Below are positions 53,836-64,000 of a DNA stretch of 64,000 bases, in pieces (position 1 is the first letter of the stretch; every line of letters starts with the position of its first letter). Both the position numbers and the translations under genes were made by a program. Under the pieces are notes generated by a model. The model saw only the letters and a list, made by a program, of their open reading frames with translations, was not told the DNA's origin and did not search any database. This DNA comes from Octopus sinensis (lineage: Eukaryota): positions 146,444,001 through 146,508,000 of the forward strand of contig NC_042999.1 in the NCBI RefSeq assembly GCF_006345805.1. The letters are read 5' to 3'.

Positions 53836-56800
53836 ACAAAAAAAAAACAATACCCTCATGAAAGAATAAAAGAATTGACATTTTTTTTTATTATTAAACA
53901 TCCGATTATGAGTTCTTTGTTCATGGCTTCGCTTCCCCATTGAATGGTCATGTCATTTGAGATACCAATAAGCGTTCAAAAACCATTCTTTACATTAACT
54001 TAGTATTCATCTAACCTCTCGCTCCCCGCGCTTGGGTATGGAGGGGGCCAACAATTAATAGGGAACAGGAGACTCCCGGTTACGATTATTTCGTCTCCTT
54101 TGCGCTGCTAATGGCCTGAACAATGGCTTGAACTTCCACAATTTCATTCTCTCTTTAGAGTTTGTAGCAGAGAAATCGTAGGAGCGGGGTGGTGGTTTTT
54201 TTACTGAATTTATTATTATTTTTGGGTGGGGGAGGTGGGTGTTAATAATTTAAATAATTACTCCCCAGTATGGACACAACTGGCGGGTTGAAATAACTGA
54301 CTTTGTAAAGCCATGTACAGGATGGTATAGCTTGGCCTGTTAGAGATAGTAGTCAAATCTCCCTCCAAATCATCACCCTGCCACTTTAAATGACACACTG
54401 GATAATTTGAATCCTTACATAACCCCAAACCATGGAAAAGATGGTAGTTTGGGGTAGCCGGAAACAACCTTCTATTCTATCAGGGCTTGCCCGAGGCGAA
54501 ACAACGATTTGATTTAGGAGATAACGAGGGAACCTCCACGTGGTCATGAGACATGCTAGAAATAGCAGCCATACAATCACTTCAAATTAAACATTTTTTC
54601 TTTTATTCTTTTTAAAAGAGAAAGGAAGCTAGTTAGTGTGGAATGAGATACACAAGGCAAAAAAAAAAGACATGATAATAACAGTTATCATGTTTAATTG
54701 TGGTTTAGCACCATCAACTCCGTTAGAGCAGACCTATGATCAAAAACATTCTAGCCGTGACCGTCTTGTCTTTTTGACAGAATTATAGGAGACTAAGGAC
54801 CATTTATCAAATGGTGTCCTTTTCTTATCTGAGACAATATAGTATGACACTTGCCTGCTAGATGGTTTGGTGTTAAAACAACTGCGAAAACAATATTAGT
54901 GCGTGTGTAAGAAAGTGAAGTTAAGCACAATTAACTAGTCTGATAATAATAAATAATAAGGTGAGGATGTGAAAGCTGTCGATGCTAAAAGGAACATCGA
55001 TAAAGCCGGCCTCGGAAAGAATATTCTCACATACACACATATAAACATATACACAAATAAATACACAAATATGTGCACGCGCGTACACACATGTATATAC
55101 ATTAATTATAATAATGCGTTAAGAAAATATTTTTAAAAAGCATTAATATAAAAAAATATACTTATAAATCAGCTTACATAAATGAAGAGACGTTGATGGA
55201 GAGAAGAAAAAAAATCACAGAACATCCAACAGGTAGTAACAGAGAGAGAAAGAAAGAGAGAAGTTTGATGGAAAAAAATTCTTTAAAATGTCAGGCAGCA
55301 ACAATCAGATGACGAATAAAGAGTGTTTAAATTCATACTTTAAAAACATTACTCACCCCTGTGTAGAATTTACATCTCAAATAAAGCCGTCCATAACGAT
55401 AAGATGTGACCAACATATAAAAAAGCTTAGCCAGGGTTCACGGGTAGACAGACACCTTGCGAAACGAATATTCCTTTCTTTTTCTTTTTTTTAATTAATT
55501 CATTTGATACGTTTAAATTCTTTTGGTAAGTTTACTTTATATAAACATATTAAGAATTCCGTTTAATGTCTCTCAATGATGTATACAGGGTATATATATT
55601 TATGTGGCTTTAACTAAACTTCATTTAAAAAGCCTGCCGATTAGTGCGCACGCCTTCCATTCTGTACGGATAGCAACTCGATCCCTTCGAACTGGAAGCA
55701 GTCGTATGCATATTTATTTCGTGACGGTCTTCTTTCTATCCTTTAAAATCGGACCGCCTAAAAATAAATAAATACAATAAAACTGTTAGAAGAAACTAGA
55801 CAGGTGGTTAAGCATGCTTACGAACTTTGAACATAGTGTCAAATGAATGAATAAAAACATGACCGAGTAAAAAAAAGAAAGAAAAACGAAAGAGAGTGAG
55901 AGAGAAATTTGAAGTCCCTTCTTGCTAAAACTATATGATAATATTAGTAGTAGTAGTAAGCAATATTCCAAAACAGTAGACAATTCAATTAAGTGATTGA
56001 ATAATAAATGGACGAGTCTTCACCAAATACATAAAAATTAAGAGTTATGTGAGGGGGTGGCAGTTAAACAGGATTATAGTTTGGAAAAGTGATGTACTTA
56101 ATGGATATATATCCCTAATACAGCTCTCATATTGCGCTATGTTTATGAGATGTTTACCTTTTGCCAGTTGTTGTTTGTTTATTTAGCTTTCCGGCTTGGG
56201 GAATATAGTGGTTGCCAGTTGTAGACCACATGCATTTAGCGGCAGACACGTGCAGGCAACAACGCTTAATTCTGATAGTGCTGCTAATAATTCCACAACC
56301 TCTCCGTATTTCTCTCTCTCTCTCTCCTTCTTTCTTTCCTTTCCGTTTCTATCTCTGGTTCCGATAGATTTTCAACATCTACAGCTCACTTCCTTTCTTC
56401 CGAGACGAACAATTTAGGTAGTGGAGTGATGAGTGCATGTTTTCCAAGTGGTTCTTTTGACTAGACTGCGGAGTTATAAAAATAATATTCGTTCGAAAGA
56501 ATAAAACTACGCGATATATTATAGAATTCTTTGTTTGAAAACCAAATTCGATTTGACAAAAAAAAAAAAAAGTCCATAAACTACTCCGAATAAATATAAA
56601 AGATTCAACATGACATACATGCATGCATGCATGCATACACACACACACACACACATATATATATTATGGTAATACACAAGGTGTAATATTCCTGGGAATT
56701 TACTCACAAGCGCAATTCTGCGAGATGAAACCGCACGCGGCAAACAACAAACTGTTTCGAATATAAACACATCAAACAAGACAACCACAATTAAAGGAAT

Positions 56801-57620
56801 TTTAGTCATTTGTTGTTATTAGCTTTCTAAATCTGTTAATCCAATATATCATCGGCATTTCTGCTTAACAAATGAATGATTGTCCTCGAACATTCCGGAA
56901 TAGCAAGCCACTAGTTTTACAGAAACAGAAGATAAATAAATAAACAAACTTGTATATTAATACATATTTTTGGTTTGTCCACGTTTCTTTAGTCCTTTTT
57001 TTTTCCGGCAGAATAATCATAATTTATTTTTAAAGACAAGCAACTTGATCTACGCCTTATGACAAATTAAGAATATTTATATTTATACGCACCGAATTAC
57101 GAATAATTTATAAATACCGTGATATATTAATATATTTGTGTTTGATATATTAATTTTATATATTTAGACTTATGCTTGGTTCTTAGTAATATATATTTTG
57201 CTGCATTTGTTAATGCGGTGTGAAATAAAACATAACATAACATGTTTTTCTTAGGAATTCAATATTTCCTCCTGCCTTCGTAGAGTTAAGGAAACCTTTA
57301 TCATGTATTTGAGTTGCTATAACATATCACAATACTCTGTATGCATGTTGTTTGACCCCAGGTTGGCACTGATCAAAAGCATTAGAGTCATGACCATCTT
57401 GTCTTATGTTCAGCGTTAGTATAACCCAGGGTACATTATCCGAAATTTTCCCATCCATACACCTTGCGGGGAATTATTTGAATAATGAATTATTTTAATT
57501 ACGTTATTTTTACTTTTTACATGCGTTAATGAAACCCCACACTGTTTTGTTCTGTGCCGTCCCCAGCGTTTTCTGCGAACCCTTAGTGGTTAATAAAGAA
57601 ATTATTATTATTATTATTAT

Positions 57621-58850
57621 TAAGGTGGCGAGCAGACTGGGCGAAATGCTTAGCAGTATTTCGCCTGTCGTTACGTTCTGAGTTCAAATGTCGCCGAGGT
57701 CGACGAAATAAATACCAGTTACGCACTGGGGTCAATGTAATCAATTTAATCCCTTCCCCCAAATTTGAGGCCTTGTGCTTCCAGTAGAAAGGATTATTAT
57801 TGCTGTTGTTGTTGTTGCTATTATTATTATTAAGACGGTAAGCTGGCAGAATCGTTAACATGTTGGACGAAATACTTAGCGGTATTTCGCCCGTCGCCAC
57901 GTTTTGAGTTCAAATTACGCTGAGATCGACTTTGCCTTTCATCCTTTCGGGGTCGACGAAATAAGTACCAGTTAAGCACAGGGGATCGATGTAATCGATT
58001 ACCCCACCCCCACCGAAAAAATTTCAGGTCTTGTGCCAATAATAGAAAAGAAGAATATTATTATTATTATTAAGGCGACAAGCTGGCAAAATCGTTAGCA
58101 TGCTGGAAGAAATACTTAGCAGTATTTCGCCCGACGTCACGTTTTGAGTTCAAATTTCGCTGAGGTCGACTTTGTCTTTCATCTTTTTGGGGTCGATAAA
58201 TTAAGTACCAGTGAAACACTGGGGTCGATGTAATCGACTAGTCCGCTCCCAACCAAACTTCAGACCTTGTGCCTTCAGTAGAAAGGATTATTATTATTAA
58301 AGCGGCGAGCTGGCAGAGTCGTTATCACGCCGGGGCAAAATGCTTCGCGGCGTTTCGCCCGTCTTTAAGTTCTGAGTTGAAATTTCGCCGAGGTCGACTT
58401 TGCCTTTCATCCTTTCGGGACCGATAAATTAAGTACCAGTTGAGCACTGGGATCGATGTAATCGACTTCGCCCCTCCCCGGGAAATTGCTAGCGTTGTGC
58501 CTCGCACACACATTCAATGTTTTGTCCCATACTGTCCATAATATTTTTCTTGAAATAAGTACTAGTCAAGCACTAGGGTCGTTATCCCCCTCCCGATAAA
58601 TTTCAGGCCTTGTGCCTATAGTAGAAAGGAATGTTCTTATCATCATTAAGGCGGCGAACTGGTAGAATCCTTACTACATCTCACAAAATGTTTAGCAGCA
58701 TTTCTTCTGGTTTTACATTTCGAGTTCAGATGCCGCCGATGTCGACTTTCATCCTTTCGAGATCAATGAAATATTAGTTGAGCACTAGGATCGATCTAAG
58801 ATTTACACCTTCCTCTAAAATTGTTGGCCTTGGGACAAAATTTGAAGCCA
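57621..58850 (+). mobile_element. Head-to-tail cluster of about 6 family D SINEs separated by (ATT)n
   Basis: Heads at about 57621, 57832, 58071, 58299 and 58648, plus a partial copy at about 58550. All share gagttcaaat...gaggtcgac...agtaccag. Confidence 0.88.
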
Positions 58851-59900
58851 TTATTTATAAAGACGGTAGGATGTAGTTTCAGGGAGATGTGGTTGCCATT
58901 TCTAGCGTGAAGAACGACCCATTGTTAGTTCGGGTTTTGCGGCATTCGTGGAAATCGTAGTAAATTCCACAAGATGGGAAAGGCAGTAGAGCGAGGAGAA
59001 ACAGCAGAGAAGCAGGCTAAATACCTTTAAATATTTTATCTATTTTTCCATGTCTTCCGGTCGAGGTTTATAACAAAATTCCAGCTAGTATCAAACGAAT
59101 ATATATATATATATATGAAAGATTGTCAAATTTATTTCAAGGGCCGTTTGTAACCGGTTATGATTTCCGCTTGTAAGCCATTTCCTTTCACTTGCGCAGC
59201 TAATGCTCTTGAGAAAAACAAAAGAGACCAAAATAAACCCGTATCAGCATGACTCAATGCGTTTTATCTAATCTACGACAATCTTTAACACAGACACGTT
59301 AATCACTTCCTAACAATATATCGACACACAGCAAGTAGAAGCATGTTTTTAACTCCTTACAAGCATATCAAAGCATACAACAGAACACACATTCTTTTGT
59401 TTATATTCTTCATCCCATTCATGCCGATGCAGCAAGCACTGCTGTCCATCAACCAACTCTAGTGAACTATCTATCCCTCGTCTGACTAAATTAAACGCGA
59501 CTGCAGTATTAGCAACGATAAACTCTAGTATATAAACAGTTGAGAGGGGTTTTTTTTTCATCAACCGAGAAGAAATTAAATTTACGACACTTATAAACAC
59601 AAATGGGGAAGCATTAATTAAGACAATATATTTTTTGTTAAGTTCGAAGAGAAAATTTACTAAACGAGGCTTACAGATTAATCCAGAAATTATTCCTTTT
59701 GCAGACGACCACTGGCGATGTGTTGTCCTCCCATACTCTCGCTCGTTCAATCCAGCCTTAGCTGTATGGCAAGCTAGCGACGATACCATATAAATATAGC
59801 AACGATAGGTTCGTGTGCCAGCAGTGATGAGTTCGAGTCCTCTGAGAAGCTTGGAAAAGGAATGTAAACAGAAGACCGTTGTAAATATTTGGGTCTAAGA

Positions 59901-60184
59901 CATAGGTTCTCAAAGTGGGTGCTACCGCCCCCCCCCCACCGATGGGCGTTGAGATGGTCCAGTTGGGCGCTGGTGGCTAAGGAGAAAAAGGTAGAGAAAA
60001 AGGAGGCGTTGGGAGGGAGGCAGTGGATTGACGGACGCTATGAATTTATTATATTATTATAGTATTGTATACAAATTATATAATATATTAAATATCAAAT
60101 GATTCATAATATATATAAATTAGTAAAATATAAAATATTTATTTATACATAAAAAATATGGCCCAAAAAGTTTGAGAACCTCTG
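59901..60184. mobile_element. hAT (Charlie-like) MITE
   Basis: TIRs cataggttctcaaagt and agtttgagaacctctg; 8-bp TSD gtctaaga/ggctaaga (7 of 8 match). Confidence 0.82.
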
Positions 60185-60696
60185 GGCTAAGACATACAAA
60201 AGTAGGGTTAATTTTACTGTGTCAGATCGTATGATTTGGTTCCGGTTGTGAGGTTGTGTGTAACTTCCAGTAAAAAAAAAGAATAAAACAAAATAAAACA
60301 CGTACCATTGTAAAACTCATCACTTAACGATATTCATATCGCCAGGCGAAGGACTAGTAGCCCCTGTGGTGAATGCAAACAGCTGCAACCTCGGTTGGAG
60401 AGAGGTGAATGAACCCAGTTGGAGTAACCCTGGCCTGAAGAAATACGCCGAGTAAAATTCCTTATACGAATTTTCAACAACCGATATTTCACGATCTATA
60501 TTTAATTGTATTATTAGAACAATAGTATTTTGTTTTTTCCTTTCTCATTTCACATACTACCGAGGTCGACTTGGCCTTTCATCCTCTTGGGTTCGATGAA
60601 ATAAGCACCAGCTGAGCAGTATGGTCGATGTAATTGACTATCTCCTTCACCAACATAAAAAATTTCAGGTCCTGTGCCTATTGTAGAAAGGATTAT

Positions 60697-62665
60697 GAGA
60701 ACAATAGTTCCTACTATGATAGGAATTGTTTCTGTTTTTAGATTCCACATTCTGGTTACATCTATTTCCAGGTCTTTGTATTTTGAAAGTTTCTCCATTT
60801 CTTTTAGAGACACGTTGTCATCTGCCGGTATTGATACATCAATTAGAAAACATTTTTTTTCTTCATGATCTCTGACAACTATATCTGGTCTGTTGGCCTT
60901 AATTTCTCTATCTGTGTGTATCGGCATATCCCAGAGTATGGTTGCTTTCTCGTTTTCTGTGACCTTTTCTGCCTATACCATCTTTTTTCTGTTGTTATTC
61001 CATAATGTTGGCATAGCTTCCAGTGTATGTAGGTTCCAACTCTGTCATGTCTGTGAATATATTCCTTCTTAGCCAGGACTGGACAGCCAGAGATAATATG
61101 ATTTATTGTTTCTTGTCCATCTCCACACATTCTGCAGTTACTTGTTATATTTCTTTTCATTACATGTTTTTGGTAATTTCTGGTGGGGAGGCTTTGGTCT
61201 TGTGCTGCAATTAAAAATCCCTCTGTCTCTGCTTTGAGTCCTGAGCTTCTCAACCATTGCTGGGATTTTTCTTTGTCTATTTCTTTTGCGTTTAGTTTAG
61301 TCCAGTATTTACCATGAAGGGGCTTTTCTTGCCATCGTTTTATCATGGTTCGTCGCTGTTCTATTTTTAGTTTGGATTTCATTTGTTTTATAGCTTTTGT
61401 TGTTTCTTCTTCTTCTTCTTCATATTTATTAGGTGGTATGATTTCTTGTTTGTATTTGTCAGCTTCCTTAAATACTGAGAACAGTTTTTTGTTTTGCTCG
61501 TGTTTTGCCGCTATTTGTATCAGTTTTCCTTCCTTCTGAAGTAGATATTTTTGCAGTCCTATGGTGGTTATTTTATAGTAGTTTTCCAGCTGTATAAGGC
61601 CTCTACCACCTTCTATACGCTGTATATATAGTCTTTCTATGTCAGATTTTGGGTGATGCATCCTAGATCCTGTCATTATTTTTCTTGTTTTCCTATCTAT
61701 TTTGGTCAGTTCATTTAGTGTCCAGTTAAGGATATTGTAGCTGTAACTTATAACTTGGACAGCTAAAGTGTTAATACCTATTATCTTGTTTTTAGTATTG
61801 ATCTAACTCGTCTATAATATTCTTTTTTTATTTTCTCTTTCATTTGTGTGTGTTGTGTCTTATCTAGTTCATGGATTCCTAAGTATTTGTAAGTTTGGCT
61901 TTGGTCTAATTCTTTTATTTCATTGGCTTTATCTAGTGTGATGTTGCTACTCTTAACTAGTTTTCCTATTTTCATGGTTACTTTGGCGCATTTTTCTAAT
62001 CCAAATTTCATATCTATTTCTTTGGTAAATCCATGAACTGTCTTTAATAGTGTTTCCAGCTGTTTGTCATTTGCAGCATATAGTTTTAGGTCATCCATAT
62101 ATAAAAGGTGGCTGATCATTTTGCCGTAACATTTATATCCGCATCCAGTTCTGTTTAGCATATCAGATAGTGGTGACAGTGCCAAGCAGAAAAGGAGTGG
62201 AGAGAGCGTGTCTCCCTGGAATATTCCTCTTCTAATGGGGATGGTTTTGGTTTTCATGAGTCTCCCTTTTGTTTGGAGCTGTAGCACTGTTTGCCATTTA
62301 TTCATAGAGTGCCCTATGAATTTTATAATTGTTGGTGCTACTTAGTTAATGGCTAGTGTTTCGAGGATCCATGTGTGGGGGATGCTATCAAACGCCTTTT
62401 TGTAGTTCTTTCTGTGGCTGTCTTCAATTATGGCTTTATTAATCATTAGTTGATCTTTACAGCCATATGAGCCTTTGCGGCATCCTTTCTGCTCTTCTGG
62501 AAACAGGTTGTTTTCGTCCAGGTGCTTGTTCAACCTTTGCGATATCACTGCAGTAAATGCCATGTACATTGTAGGGGAACAGGTTATTGGTCTGTAGTTT
62601 TCTGGTTTTGCTGTCTCATTTGATTTGGGAATTAAGATGGTTTTCCCCTTCGTGAGCCATTCAGG

Positions 62666-62668
<3 letters not shown>
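60697..62668 (-). mobile_element. R4/Dong-like non-LTR retrotransposon fragment (RT, CCHC knuckle, restriction-like endonuclease), frameshifted
   Basis: NYRPITC; EEQKGC; YKKAFDSIPH; GIFQGDTLSPLLF; HLLYMDDLKLY; CRMC...ETINHIISGC...RHD; RPDIV...IDVSIP...EK..KY. The 5' end abuts an (AAT)n tract. Confidence 0.93.
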
Positions 62669-62702
<34 letters not shown>

Positions 62703-63011
62703 GAAGGCGAATGGCTCAGTGGTTAGAGCGTAGAGCTTACGACCGCGAGGTTGTGAGTTCGAATCCCGGACTGGGCTGCATGTTGTGCTCTTGAGCAAGA
62801 CACTTTTTTTTCACGTTGCTCCAGTTCACGCGGCTGTAGAAATGAGTTGCGACATCACTGGTGCCAAGCTGTATCGGTCTTTGCCTTTCCCTTTGGATGA
62901 CACTGATGGCGTGGAGAGGGGAGGCTGGTAAACAACCATACCCGGACTTGTGCCTGGGTGGGTAAATTTCTAGGTGCAATCCCATGGTCAGTCATGACCG
63001 AAGGGGTTCTC
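62703..63011 (+). mobile_element. tRNA-derived SINE, family B, in an (ATT)n tract
   Basis: tggctcagtggttagagcg...gttcgaatccc head; body matches 11194-11510. Confidence 0.88.
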
Positions 63012-63054
63012 ATTATTATTATTATTATTATTATTATCATTATTATTATTATTA

Positions 63055-63555
63055 AGGTGGCGGGCTGGCACAATCGTTAGTGCGTTGAACAAAGTGTTTG
63101 GCGGCATTCCGTCTATCTTTACATTCTGAGTTCAAATTTCGCCGAGGTCGACTTTCCTTTTCATCCTTTCGGAGTTGACGGAGCTGCGCATTGGGATCGG
63201 TGTAATCCACTTAGCCCCACCACACAAAATTTCAGGCCTTGTGCCTCGAGTAGAAAGGATAATTCTTCTGGTTCTTTATGATCTGAATTCAAATCCCGCC
63301 GAGGCCAAGTTTAGCTTTCATCCCTCCGAGTTCGATAAAATGCCAAATGTAATCGAATAACCCCACTGTCTCTCAGCCCAAATCAGAAAACCTTTATTAA
63401 GAATAAAAGGTGAATCATTAGAGCGTCATATTAAATACGTTGCGCTATTTCTCCTGGCTCTTTACGATCCGAGTTCAAATCCTCCGAAGATCAAGGTTCT
63501 CTTTTATTTTCCCGAGATCGATTAAACGAAGTATTAGTGAAGTACTGGGGTCATT
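63055..63555 (+). mobile_element. Further family D SINE copies and fragments
   Basis: Same central motif as the 57621-58850 cluster. Confidence 0.75.
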
Positions 63556-63562
63556 GTTGTTG

Positions 63563-63840
63563 TTTGTTCCTTCTCGAGCCACGCCTGGCTCATTAGGGCC
63601 GTTTTCCCGGTTTCCTTGGCGTATAGGTTCTCCACCTGGACGGGACGTCGGCCCGTCGCAGGTGAGCTGCAAGATGCAGAAGGAAAGAGTGAGAGAAAGT
63701 TGTGGCGAAAGAGTCAGCAGAAGTTCGCCATGTAGGTGTTTATGAGCGTTTCGCTCATAAACACACACATCGCTCGGTCTGAGATTCGAACCCGTGATTC
63801 CTCGACCGCGAGTCCGCTACTCTAACCACAGTGCCTCCAC
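63563..63840 (-). mobile_element. tRNA-derived SINE, family E
   Basis: Aligns with 37570-37870. Confidence 0.85.
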
Positions 63841-64000
63841 ACTGGGGTCATTGGTATCAAATAATCCCCACTCTCACTCGCATTTCTAGCCTACTGCCTC
63901 AGTCAAAACAACATTATTAGAAAGAAGTAAAGGACGACGGGGCGGCGGTGAAACAGTCGTTAGAGCGGCTGACGAAAATATTGTAACGTCTTCAGTACGT

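Noticed and set aside
62703-62775. tRNA-like sequence with A and B boxes (also at about 11440-11510 and 37800-37870)
   Set aside because: These are heads of multicopy SINEs continuing into SINE bodies, with no convincing acceptor stem.

Overview
AT-rich, microsatellite-dense animal genomic DNA. The SINE families and repeat landscape suggest an octopus or other coleoid cephalopod (inference). Only one convincing host exon is present: a 217-bp minus-strand exon of a group III-like metabotropic glutamate receptor (38067-38283), so most of the window is probably intronic. The rest is tRNA-derived SINEs of about five families, LINE remnants (R4/Dong-like, Tx1/L1-like, CR1/L2-like, RTE), mariner fragments, hAT and other MITEs, Helentron-type elements and Penelope-like (GIY-YIG) remnants. 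The main discovery is a 488-bp tandem array at 6536-9302 with no ORF of 60 aa or more within the unit. Every unit carries an intact type I hammerhead ribozyme (CUGACGA...GAAA...GUA cleavage triplet), and the array has a 5' inverted segment and sits in a (TA)n microsatellite, the signature of a non-LTR retrozyme that could yield a circular RNA. A second 558-bp hammerhead family (51541-52385) and several shorter fold-back elements share this architecture. Penelope-like remnants with minimal hammerheads, the likely mobilising partners, occur in the same window. Nearly all ORFs in the supplied track are microsatellite or SINE artefacts. All folds were derived by eye; nothing was computed or searched.
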